Shown here in pieces: positions 37,746-49,756 of a stretch of DNA of 64,000 bases (the first letter of the stretch is position 1; each line of letters begins with the position of its first letter). Under the pieces are notes generated by a model that saw nothing but the letters and a program-made list of their open reading frames with translations, did no database searches and was not told where the DNA came from. The translations under genes were made by a program, and so were the position numbers. Source of the DNA: Phoronis australis (Eukaryota; Animalia; Phoronida); the NCBI GenBank assembly GCA_002633005.1, contig NMRA01000064.1, positions 814,360 through 878,359 on the forward strand. The letters run 5' to 3'.

Positions 37746-39169
37746 CTTGAAGAAATAAAAATGTATGCGAATGTTAAACTACAGTGATTGGCAGGATAGA
37801 GGTCCAACCTCAATTACCCAAAAACAAACGCTGACAGTACTCCTAAAAGCCGCATGGTGGTGTCTGGAGAAGGGGCGGGAGCCTTGCATCCCTAACTACT
37901 CTGCTCGTGCAGTAAGTCTCGTGACACCAGATCGAAGGCAATCTACATTTACTACATTCGTAATAATAATAATAGATGTTATTTTGAAAATCTCATATGA
38001 CATGGGTATGAAGACAGTTCCTCCAAAAAAATCTCACGTTTCTTGTTTCGGTTGAGATTCTCTAAAACTGAAACGCGTCATGTTGGGCACGATGTGAAAA
38101 CATTGAAGTGCTGGTCTTTATCTAGGCCTCCATAACACATACGTAACATCAAAAATGACACGTAGGTATACATTTTTCATCTGATTCTGACGACAACTTC
38201 CACTTCTTTGAAACGTAAGTAAAATTTAATTTGGGAACGTGCCAAAAGTTGTACGAAGAAACTTGGTTTACCTCAAAATCCAACTGCTGCCTGGTGGTTT
38301 GGTAATTGGACCAATTATGTTGCACACCCAGCAGAATTAATAAGGAACAAATTACAAGATTAAATAAACTTTTAAGGCTGTAAAAGTCACATTTCTTGTC
38401 CAATTTTCAACGTTCACCAAGTACACTTTTCTAGAACTATTCAAATATGCTAATTAAGCACGTTCTAAACGAAAATTTAAAAATACTATTGTCTCCCCCC
38501 AAATATGTTTATGACGGTCTCATTATCTAGAGAACGATATCATCAGCAACCCGAGACAATTTGATTAACCACATCAGCATGTATGTCAGCATCAGTGTCT
38601 TAGATCTAAACCGGCAGATTCTGTGGTTGGTTTCCGGTCGAGTGGCCCTATCTCGACCGGTTGGGGTGTCAACGTACATAATTCTTTTCATGAAGGCAGA
38701 CGACATGTAAAACAAAGAAATATCTGTTCTATCAGAATGTATATTCAAAACTTTATTTTCGAAGACATATTTGCCATTTAGTTATTACTATTTTAATAAA
38801 AGTTGCCAATCCCGTCTTTTGCCAACTAGATCAACTTTTGATTGAGGATATTTACGGGTAAACTTGTCTCAATTTGTTTCTTACTCAGATAAAAAGCGTA
38901 TTCTGGTAAAGGAAAGACGTGGCAGTAAATGTTTAAGGCCTGCCTTTGGCTTCGACCAAGGAACAACTAGAAATTTCTTCATGGCAAGACTAAGTTCCTA
39001 GCAGCTTCATACAGAAACGCACAAACTACCACGCACCATCTTGAGTAAAGTGCGTTTCCTATTTGGAAAATAATATGAATAAATCTCGACTGTCTTACAT
39101 ACAAATTTTGTGGTGAAAAAAGTTTAAGTTAGTATTTAAATGTACAACTATTTAAGTTTATTTACTTAC

Positions 39170-39297
39170 ATCGTGATCCAAGACTGTGGTATTTCGTTGT
39201 AAGTGTTGCAGCTCCGCCTGGGTGATACATGGATGGTCAGAAGGTCGTTCGTGTACTACGATTAACCAGATGATGCCCCACGTCATGGCTAAGGGAC
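39170..39297 (-). CDS. SLC17A5: SLC17 transporter exon (GPLAMTWGIIWLIVVHERPSDHPCITQAELQHL...)
   Basis: W...W...V...P..HP.I...E motif. tttgCAG acceptor, GTAAGT donor, phase 1-0. Confidence 0.9.
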
Positions 39298-40019
39298 CTG
39301 CAAATTAGTCAAGACCCCACTGTTATTACGGATATATATCATTACACTTTAAACGCCAGCTTATAACAGTGTCTCAATGGACGCTAAGATGTAATACGAA
39401 GACACATTTAGATACCCAGTGTAGATGACAATGGTGACTGCCCAGCTAACTTCTGAATGGGCTGTGAGCCGGAAGTCGTTATCTAGAAGCAGTCATATGT
39501 CGTACGGACCTGGTGAAGTCAATCTGGTGCAGCCATGTATCTACCCAGTTCTAGACTGCGCGGGAAAGGGTAGTGTGATCACGTGATATGGTTCTTCTAA
39601 AGCCTGCTTATATCTTACGAAGACTTTTTCACGATCTTGCGCAGTTCCTTATTTGCTGGTTCCAAGAGTTTATAGTCAACTCGCGCTAATTGCGTGGCAA
39701 ACTGCTTAAAATCATGTAAAGCGAAAGAGGTATACAGTAACGGTGGAATGGCTGCATGCTTCCTCATCGTTAAAGATCACTGCAGTTAAAGTCGCCTAAA
39801 AAATTTACTCAGTGGAGTGACACGTACTTTAAAATCTGCTAAGTATTCACATGAGAAAGGCCGGTAGCGTTTCTAATTTCACCATCGCACACTTTAGGCG
39901 GGGTGGCAGTGTTTATTGATTGCTTCTGCTTCGTATTTCTCTGCCGCTTAGAGGTTCAGTATTCTGGCTCAGCTAGCAAGAACCTTGCGATATTGAGCGG
40001 TTAAGCAATTGTAAATTAC

Positions 40020-40194
40020 CAAAAATGTAAAATATTGCGTGCCAGCCGAGATATGTGTCGATTTCCGAGGAGACCGGGAATGAGAATACGGTCCCGATGA
40101 AAGAGCCGGCACTAACGACGGTCACCATCCGGGACTTCTCTGTAAATGGGGCCCAGTGCCTGAACAAGGCAAACACTCCGGCCCATGTGAACCC
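40020..40194 (-). CDS. SLC17A5: SLC17 transporter exon (GFTWAGVFALFRHWAPFTEKSRM...GWHAIFYIFG)
   Basis: WAP..E.SR and GW..IFY.FG motifs with canonical splice sites. Confidence 0.93.
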
Positions 40195-40600
40195 CTGTAA
40201 CAAGAAGCAAAACATTTAATGCTATTTATGAGAACGGGCATTACTTGAATTAAATATTCAATTTTCGGAAATCATTTAAATTGCCTCCATTCATGCAGTT
40301 AGTAATTCAACTGTACAGTATGTGGTTTACAAGTTCTACTGAAACAGAACTCACTCACAGACAATGATAAGACCAAAAGGTTTGTTGACAACCATCTACC
40401 TCTTACAGTGTTTTCGAACACAACTTGCCTTCATTACACTTTGAAACAAACTATTGGAGATGGTTAAAGCACTATAAGAAGAGACATAATGCAAGCGTCG
40501 ATCGTTTAATGAAATATACTTCAGAAAATAATGTAACATTTAGTAGATTTCTATTATGTCCAGATTTACACTTCACACTGCAAACGAAAAAAAAACGTAC

Positions 40601-40746
40601 TTCGGCTGCTCCCGTCAATATCCGGACAGCAATAAGAAGTCCGTAGTGCACTCGTGCCACCAACGGGACAATCGCCGACAGACCGCCTGCAGTTAACACA
40701 GCTATCCCATACACCCACTTACCACCGAATTTGTTCGCCAAAATCC
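40601..40746 (-). CDS. SLC17A5: SLC17 transporter exon (GILANKFGGKWVYG...LIAVRILTGAAE)
   Basis: MFS motif A (G.LA.KFGGK) and R.L.G..E, with canonical splice sites. Confidence 0.93.
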
Positions 40747-41849
40747 CTGTCAATAAACCAGATGCAGTAACACAATTAGAGTCTTTCACACGTTTTGCAT
40801 CATGGAGCATATCATAAGATCACACGTGCGAGCCGATACGCTCATGTATGAATCTAGGTCTCAGTAACTCGTTTTAATCCAAAGCAACGCCATGGTAAAA
40901 ATTCATGTCTTCAAATATGTGACTTTTCAACACTTATTTAACCTTTTACTTTTTCAAAATTGCGAATAGTGCCATGTATTTCCGAATGAGATTCCACCTA
41001 TCCCATATCTCGGCTCCTTCGGTGCTCTTTAAGATCTTTTTGCATTTCTGGCACAGGACAGAGGTAAGGAAAATGTAAAAAAGCACCTAAATGAACGTTT
41101 AAAATTATTGAAACCCTATCGATGACTATACTCATCTTAAGGGTTACCAGAGAGTAGCCAAATCGCCGACAAAATTTGTTGATATTTTTTACATAACTGT
41201 TTATTTCATCTTAAGAAATTGAACAAAAAGTGATACAAGTACTGCCCCAAAATCAATAACATTATATACAGGCCGATAAAGTGAAACCTAACTGGTCATC
41301 TCACCCAAAGTTAAAATCTAGGTGAAAGAAACAAACTAACCCCCACCCCCCGGATGTTGATACCAGTAAATTGAATTTTCTAGTTTTACTTACAGTACTA
41401 AACTTACTCCCTCTGGTCTTAAAACACCTTTTTAAAGCTCACTGCTGCCAGGCAATATGGAGTGCACGTTTTTGAAACTGGGCAATATTCTCTTAATTTT
41501 TGATAAAGTGGCCATTCAATTTGGATGTCTTACTAAAGAAAACAGCATTGTGTAAATTCATGGTCTGGGGTAATTTTGTAAGCTGCAGCGCTGAAACGCA
41601 GAAAATAAACGTCAGTGTAAGCGGGCAGTAACAGCGCCAAATTTGGGACACATCAAATTCTCAATAGATCTTAGTTTTAAAGCCACAAAACACCGAAGAT
41701 CACATAGGGTGACTTGCACAGGCTTATTGCCGATAATGTTTGTTTTGCGGCTTGAACACTTGTCCAAGTCCTCGTGTCTGTTGATTTTCTGGTACGCATT
41801 CACGTGACACGTGGTACTGCATGTTGTGTGAAGGATGCAGCTCGATTAC

Positions 41850-41937
41850 CTCCAATCAGTTGAGTTGAAATGTACCCGTAGAAAAAGCCAGAGAGCAAAA
41901 GTCCTTGCGTGTCAGTGTCCCAGTCGTATACGTCTAT
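41850..41937 (-). CDS. SLC17A5: SLC17 transporter exon (IDVYDWDTDTQGLLLSGFFYGYISTQLIG)
   Basis: Family signature W...QG..L..FFYGY..TQ..G with canonical splice sites. Confidence 0.93.
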
Positions 41938-42539
41938 CTGTAAACGTGAAATACATCTAAATAACAACCCGAAAAGGCTTAATTTAATAATTATTCTACA
42001 CCAGATTCCGGGCATTTGCGTTTGTACATATTACCACATAAAATGCTGGATATCATTTAAAGCATCGCTCCACTGACGTCACTACCGTCTCGTTAAGTTA
42101 TGTTCATATCATGTTCGACGGATCGTGAATCATTCCACTCTCTAATGGGATAGACAGAAAATGCCTTGCATAAAAAGGAGTCCTGTGTCTAGGTACCAGA
42201 CGTTTATGTTTTGAGGCATGTGTGGAGCGAACTGGTCCAATATTTCTGGTCAGGAATTCTGGTGACATCATCACAGTTATGATTAAAAACTATCCAAAAC
42301 CGTCTGAATTCTTAATTGAAACTTATCAATGGGTATTCAGTGTATTTCAGTGAGATAGATGGAGTGTCATGCGGGATATCCAGGATGATCATGGCAGCCT
42401 GCTTTTGCATCCAAAGCTTATTAATCAAATTTTGGCAGTGCAACTGTAGAGTACAACAATACAAACAAGAGCAACGCGAAACGTTGATATGCGCCTACGA
42501 CAGCACCGCAAATCGCATGCTTCTGCAGGTGTTTTAGTA

Positions 42540-43060
42540 TCATAAAATGGCCATTAGATGGCGCAGAATACGCCAAACCCGGGCCGAAGTTGTAAAGGTG
42601 GTGTCGTCTCTCTAACACAAAACTACTGGTCCAATTTCATGAAAATAAACCAAGAAAATTCAAAGGTACAGAGTCAAACGTAAAAATAAAATAAAATCAA
42701 ACTGACACTAGGCGGCACAGCTATGATCCGATTGGTCTGAAGCTCATCTTCGTCTATTACCATCGCCATTAGGAGCAGTGCCATCCAACAAATGATCCGC
42801 AAAAGGGTTAAGGAGATATATCCGTAGACGCAAAAGGCAAATCTGCCTTAGGGGTCGCCACAGCAGTAAAACCCGAAAATTAGCGTTAGCGTCGGTCTTT
42901 ACACCAGGAACCCAATTTTCAAGAGTCATTTGAGTGGTTTGGCAGATAGAGAAGCGGACGTCGAAAACTTACGTAAAAACTTTTAAATGACCAGCAGGTG
43001 GCGCAGAAAATGTCAGATCTGTCCAAAAATAGGAAGGCATTTTCGTTCTCTTAATGAGTC
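42540..43060 (+). repeat. Second copy of the composite repeat seen at 9378-11460
   Basis: atggccattagatggcgcagaatac...aatttcatgaaaa...ggagatatatccgtagacgc parallels 10001-10900. Confidence 0.65.
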
Positions 43061-43972
43061 ATGATTTTTGAATCTGTTTATTCACCTGGATGAGTAATCA
43101 TATCCATCATATACATGAAAGTATTGTTTGCATTCCACGCTCAGTGCACGGCCATCATGACAGTGCATCAGGGACCCGAGAGGTTGATTTATGAATACGC
43201 GGGTACCTGTCCTCCACGAAGATTATCTCTCGATTAAACAGTGGCAACACGTCAGTTATTAAGGCAAAGCAATAGTAACAATCAAAGTATAAAACATAAA
43301 AATATGAGTCCACTGGTAAGATGGACGTTAACGAGGCAGCCATTAAGTAGAATTATGTTCATGAAAATGACGAAAGCCAATGACAGGGCTCAAAGATCTT
43401 GGATTTTGTTCTCAACCCCCCCCCCCCTTGGCTGCCGGAAGCAAAATGAAACAACAGCAGCGTGAAGCGTGAGGAAATATTGAGTTCAGGAACTAGCACC
43501 GGTAGCTGACCACGGGGGGTGGCTCGCACGGTATCGTGTTCCCGTTTTTTTTTAGTCCTCCACCGATAGGTTTCCTGAGCAAAAGGTCCACATCCCCGGA
43601 ACCCGCCCCCCACAACTTTCGGGCCGCCTGTGCACATACAACCGCGCTTTGCCCAATTAACTGAGGCAACATGTTGGGCGTCCCCGTTATGGTATCCTAG
43701 GTCCGCCACTATGTTATACCAACACTATTCACTATATATTTCAAATTCTACGAAATTCTTTGTTAGAACCGTGTAACTTTCATACCGTCAGTTGTGAATT
43801 CTTTAAGCATTAGACTCAGTCTGACTTCTCGTCGATTTCTGGGCAAAATAGTAGTCGTCAGTCATTGTTTTAAACATTATTTTGAGAGCTTTTATGTTTT
43901 CAAATACATGTACATGTACGGATACACGGCAGCTGTTCGGCTGAGGATCGCACGATCAATAATTAGACTCAC

Positions 43973-44058
43973 CTTGGCAAAAGTCGTATTTGGAGGATAT
44001 TCAGTTGTCATTGCAACTATAGCGATGGAGAAGTTGGCCCTTAGACAGAAGACGATGA
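43973..44058 (-). CDS. SLC17A5: SLC17 transporter exon (FIVFCLRANFSIAIVAMTTEYPPNTTFAK)
   Basis: TM1 R.N.S.AIVAM signature. tttattgCAG acceptor, GTGAGT donor. Confidence 0.92.
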
Positions 44059-44240
44059 CTGCAATAAAGAAATACGGCGATTCAATAATATCTGTTATTT
44101 ACTATTTTTAAAAGAAATGTCGATTTTTGTGGTACAAATATTTTTTCTTCTTGAAAGGTCTGCTGAAGTGCCACTGTCATGTAAAACCGCAGTATGATAC
44201 AGGGATAATCGTCTCTTCCATCGATTTTTATAAACAAGGG

Positions 44241-44590
44241 TACGCGTCCAATTAAATGGCTAGAAGCGTAGTTCACGTCCGAATTACATATAGAAGACTA
44301 GGCCTCTACCCAAACTAATAAATGCCGTCTTCTTACTCAAACACGATGGAAATTTTGAGGTTACGCAATTTTTGCTATTTTTGTGTATCTATGAACACTT
44401 GAACAAGCTTGAATGAGTAAAACGTAGTTTTATATTCTTTATAAGTAATTTTCAGTGTAGTACATCTTCTTAAACAAAAAAAGAACAAAAAATAATTCGA
44501 TAAGTTGGTAACACCATTAACAAAACTGCAGTCAGCAGCGCACTCCACAGAAAATTTAGTTGCTGACACCAAATGCCCGCCGATGTCTTT
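44241..44590. repeat. Left copy of a ~350-bp direct duplication flanking the LINE
   Basis: tacgcgtccaattaaatggc...gcccgccgatgtcttt is repeated at 45320-45668 with ~8-9 differences. Confidence 0.92.
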
Positions 44591-45319
44591 TTTATATGTA
44601 TTTATTATCATTTACAAACAATTACAAAAATAAACAAACAAATAAGTATACCATTCATTCACGCATGCACACCTTAGAAAGACCATTCTCATATCTCGTT
44701 TAAAGTAAATATCTTCTACATGAGGTTAACATGAACAATAAATTTTTCCCATTTTGCAGAGAAGCTGTCATGTACAAAGTTTTTATGTGCATTTAATTTT
44801 TCAGCATTATAGTATTCATAAGTTTTTGTAACGAACTTGAGAAAATTGGGTATATTTTTGTGAAATCTCTCTTTGTAAATGTACTGTTTAGCTAGTAGAA
44901 GCAAAATGTTAAAAAATAATAATAGAAAATCATGCGTCTTGTAAAGTCCAAGAATAACAATATCGTAAGACAGACAGTTGTGAAGCTGAATGCCACACTT
45001 TTGAAGTAGCTTTCCGAATTCCTTCCAGAAATCTTGTACAAAGCTACATTCCCAAAAAAGGTGTGACAGCGTCTCTGGAGCTTTATTACAAAAGGAACAT
45101 AGATCAGAATCCCTAACACATATTTTGACTAAAAAGGTATTTGTTGCAATAATTCTATGTAGTATTCTAAATTGGAACCATCTAATATGGGGATCCTTTG
45201 TAATTTTGTAAGGTAAAGCATATATTTTCTTCCAATCTAAACTATCTCCCAGCTCTATTTCCCATTTAGACTCTGACTTATTAAAGACTGAACAAATATG
45301 TCTACAACCCTTCAAATCT
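44588..45319 (-). mobile_element. 5'-truncated Tx1/L1-clade LINE (ORF2 C-terminal zf-RVT-like domain, 3'UTR, short poly(A))
   Basis: ORF 44716-45315 reads W..IY......FQFRILHRI...N..L......LCSFC....ETLSHLFWEC..V..FW. On the minus strand AATAAA is followed by an A run at 44588-44593. Confidence 0.9.
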
Positions 45320-45668
45320 TACGCGTCCAATTAAAATGGCTAGAAGCGTAGTTCACGTCCGAATTACATATAGAAGACTAGGCCTCTACCCAAACTAATA
45401 AATGCCGTCTTCTTTCTCAAACACGATGGAAATTTTGAGGTTACGCAATTTTTGCTATTTTTTGTGTATCTATGAACACTTCAAGCTTGAATGAGTAAAA
45501 CGTAATTTTATATTCTTTATAAGTAATTTTCAGTGTAGTACATCTTCTTAAACAAAACAAGAACAAAAAATAATTCGATAAGTTGGTAACACCATTAACA
45601 AAACTGCAGTCAGCAGCGCACTCCGCAGAAAATTTTGTTGCTGACACCAAATGCCCGCCGATGTCTTT
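45320..45668. repeat. Right copy of the ~350-bp direct duplication flanking the LINE
   Basis: Matches 44241-44590 and begins immediately after the truncated LINE 5' end. Confidence 0.92.
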
Positions 45669-47131
45669 GTTTGTTTTCAGTGAATAGCTATTCTGTACTT
45701 ACGCAATTAATAGTTTTAAGGTAATTGCAATTAATGACTTTCACGTCTTGGTATGACTATTTAGGGGATATTTGTTAATCCCTCCCCAAGTTCGTCAAAG
45801 AACCACCAGTACGCTACCATCTTAATATTTCAAAACAAAAATCAGGAAACCAGCTACGAAATAGCTCGCAAACAGCTAGGGAAATGTTGATTTTTTGTAA
45901 TTTGCCTTTGTTTAAGTTCACGCCGACAATCATCACAAGTTGGTTGACTCTGACCCGTGTGTGATGCGTAATGCTTAGGGCAACGAGATTTCGCGAGAGG
46001 CCACGGCATCAAAACTTGTTTTCATTTCCGATGTTCACTCCGATTTTTATGCCTCGATTTTTGAAAGTGTAGAGTTATGTTCTTTGACACCGAAGAAGAA
46101 AACGTAAAGTAAGCAGAAAATAAGAGCCGTTGATTGTTAAAGTTTTGAAAGACATTACTGGCAAGGTTGTGCTTTCAGGCAAATATCTACAAAACTGAAG
46201 AATTTAACTCAGCAAAGTAGATTTTCTGAAAGTAGAAATTCGGTAGAATTTATTTGTTTAGTTTATGTCAGTCTGTCATTAATAGGCTGACGTGACCTCG
46301 TTTTTTATTAAATTTAGCAAAAAAGAATTCATAACAAAGCAACAGGATCATGTACATGAGCAAATTACGTACGATATAAATGTTCAAAATAAAATCTCAA
46401 AACGCTGACACAGCTGTCAAGATTATCGACTTTATGCATGTTAACGTTTTATCAAAAAAATCATATAAGTCCTATTTTTGATAGCCCTCAGGCAAAAATG
46501 GAAATTTTGAAAAACAATCATATTATCGTATTGGAGAACTGGTGTTCCAGGGTGGGCCAAAATTTAAAATTTTCTATGGACTTACATAACCTTAAAGCTC
46601 CATTTCGCTAAAAGCCAAAATCAAATTAAACCTTTCATTCAAACAAAATCGACGTTCTCACACTATTTTTCAAAGTGATAGGATTCTATTATCATTACAA
46701 ACTCAAGTCCCAATGCCTATACATGCCATTTTGAAATTGCAATTTTAGAATTCAACTTGGCAGTTGGTTTAGATGTTCTTGTTGGTAACGGAAACAAAAT
46801 CTTATCATGACGATATGATGTGAGACCGCCTTATTCGATTTTCGTTTTTAGCCCGCTAAGCAGGGCGAAATGCAAGCAAATTCGAACTTCAAAACGTGTA
46901 CTGGGAGAAAGGAATTTGCAATTCTCCTTGTTGGAGTTTTTTTTCTGGAGGAGAAGATTCTAGACAGAGTGCCCAAAAAGATGTTGCGGAAATCTCCGTC
47001 CGATAATTAGTGTGTATGACGTAAGTCTTACCGGGCTGAGAATACAATCAACACAACAAATGATGTGACGTCCTGTCAAAAACAAACTTTGAAAGCCACA
47101 TCCACTAATTTTCAACAGAAAACATACTTAC

Positions 47132-47330
47132 AAAAGCCCCAAAACAGTAGGACGGTTAGAATGAATCTTTTCCTTAGCATCACAAATGGTTCTGGCTCGC
47201 CCCCTTCATGGACGTTGGAGGGCCCTTCCTTCAATTTGGTGTACTCCATTGCTGCGTGGTCGTGTTCAGTACCTTGGTCCCCCTCATATTCTGAGTTGCC
47301 GTGCTTGCTACGCTTTTTCGAAATCATCAT
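47132..47330 (-). CDS. SLC17A5: SLC17 transporter, first coding exon (MMISKKRSKHG...KRFILTVLLFWGF)
   Basis: Hydrophilic N-terminus then KR..L..L.F.GF at the start of TM1. GTAAGT donor in phase 1 joins the next exon. Confidence 0.88.
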
Positions 47331-47523
47331 CTCTCACATTAAGCTAAAAGATGACATGCACGTGCAGTGGTAGGTGAATGCTGTGAATTCGTCTGCTCAA
47401 TACATGTATTGGGAATTATTAAGTAGCAATTTCTGAGAGCACCCACGGGTGGTTCCACATCGACAGTCATAAAATTTCCTGAAATTTATGAGGGCGTGGG
47501 CTATCCCTAGATATGTTCTCAGC

Positions 47524-47642
47524 CGTTATCCCCCTTATCTAGAGCCCTCGTGGATTTTGGAGATTTATCACCCTCGGGGCTAACGCCCCTCGGGCGATAA
47601 TTCTCCAAAATCCACTCGGGCTCTAGATAACGGGGGATAACG
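47524..47642. mobile_element. ~120-bp palindrome, Crypton-like non-autonomous element
   Basis: cgttatcccccttatctagagccctcgtggattttggagatttatcaccctcggggc and its inverted partner surround a taac loop. The ccctcggg core resembles invertebrate Crypton relics (class inferred). Confidence 0.6.
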
Positions 47643-49129
47643 ACTTCGCCATGTAATAATTTATATCTATGCTGTGAATGGATCTCACGTCAATATCCAG
47701 AAACAAGTTTGATATTTAAGATAGACTTTTAGTATTTAAGTAGTGGCTTTTCAAAAATTGAGAATTTTTGCGAATTTTCATGTGGCTGATTTTGGCTTTT
47801 TTCAGTGAGAAAGCGAGGAGAGGATATAGCATGTGTGAATACGAAACCACTGTGATTTGATAGTATTGGGCTAGTTTAGTACATACACAAACAAAGTCTT
47901 TTGTCCGCCTAGTGGTTAACATGACTCTTACTGAGTGCATGTTGCACTATTTGGCTACTCAGAAACAGAGATTACACAGCAGTTTTATAAAGATTCACTA
48001 CAAACATCACGACTTTTTTGATGTATACGCTCAGATCAGTCCCTAAAAATACATTATATCAGAGTGTAGCACGTAATTAGAAAACATATAACTTTTACCT
48101 TTCAACAGGCTTGGATATGGGTTATGTAATTATATCTTATTTGTGACTTTTGTACCCTACGTTTTAGCCTATAAAAACTATTGGCCATGTCTGCTTGAGC
48201 GGCCACACGGAGAGAATCCTGACTGCATAAATAGTTTTTGCCATTGATGACATGTTATTTCTGGATTAGTGTGCACCAGAAAACTGCCTTAATAATTCAC
48301 ATATAACTGGAGTGAAAGTAAGTTGTGTCCTTTTGTATAAAACGTCATACCGTTCCATTTATTTGAATATGAGAATCCAAGCAATGGTCTTTATGCCTTA
48401 ATTCAAACATTTGCAAGTAGAACATTCTTTACAGAACAGAAATCCTTGCTACAGAGATGGTGATATAGTGAGATGTTATGGTGAAAGCTTGTAATATGTA
48501 AAAATGCTGAAGCATGTAATTATTAAATTCAATGAAAATTCGTCTTTCTCAAATATGTGTAACTGGCATTTTTGGAAACTGTGCATCATGCTGTCTGATG
48601 AGTATTTTGTCAGTATCTGAAGCTTCCCCCCCTTGGGCTTGAGCGCAAAAGGTGTTTCTGTAAATTTCAACCCTTATTGTGACTATTTTTCCTTCACAGC
48701 AGAATAAACTCATGTGATGATATAAAATATTGAACAACTCAAAATGTATGAACATATAACGTGCATTAAGAAAAAATATTTATCTTTAAAACTCAGTCGA
48801 CAATCAACCAACCGAAAAATGTGTTGACAGAACTTCTCAGTAGAACGGACTGGGTATTAACGCCAATCTTCCAGAACTTCATGTAATAGTTCGGATATCA
48901 AATTTTTTCCCTTCACCGTTTGCGCGTCTCCATCCCGCAACCAGCTTTAGAGAATACAGCCATGCGAGAAAAGAAGCCATTTGTGTGGGCCTCTTTTCAA
49001 GCCAATCATTTCACTTTTTTCCTGGCCATTCTTCGCTAACCTCACCCCTTAAGACACGGCTGCAGGGGTACACTCAACACCAGTTCCTTGTTCAGCTGCA
49101 ACTTTTACGCCAAGAACGCTTTCACGTCA

Positions 49130-49635
49130 TGAGCAAATCTGGAGCTCCGTTTGGCTTTGTGTAGTGCTCACCTAGACTCAGTTTCGTTAGAAGTGGACCT
49201 TGACCAGACCTCTTCATAAGAAGCCGACGGAAGTGCCGACGGCCCAAATGTATCAGGGGCACACACCTACTGCCTTGCAATACGTCATGAAATGAAATTT
49301 CCATTACTAGGTCTCATGTGTGTCTGTCAATGATCAAAGGAGCATATAGTTCAACCAAGGAAGTGGACAATATTGAGCATTCGTGCATCGAGCAATATAT
49401 CAAACACGCCCACATTGGTCAGGTGAATTCATATTAAAAATCTGGCTCACTCACATGACAGGGACAGGTAAGCTGTACATGTTGTGTTGCATTTCTTGTA
49501 AAGCTTCCCACTTTATAAAGACCTCCTCATGTGAGCATTTTAATGGGGAATACCTTTTAAAACTGCAAACTACAGCAGTCATATTTTCGTGAACAGGAAG
49601 CTCTACTACTGTAGCGCCACAAGGTGTCACTTGCT
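49130..49635 (-). pseudogene. Decayed coding-like exon, copy 1 of a tandem ~0.8-kb duplication (unknown protein)
   Basis: Aligns with 53095-53585. Differences include repeated third-position synonymous changes. Stops and frameshifts are present. Confidence 0.45.
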
Positions 49636-49756
49636 GAATTTACCCCGGCTCTGCACTAAAGGTCTGATGACAACTCTAATACAACCAACCAGTCTGAGAG
49701 CAAAGAAACTGTAAACAAGATAATACAACAGGCTAAATAATGCCTCTACTGCCAAT

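Noticed and set aside
44375-45650. Twin ORFs 44375-44611 and 45441-45650
   Set aside because: Chance frames within the duplicated 350-bp intronic flank; the indels between copies disrupt them.
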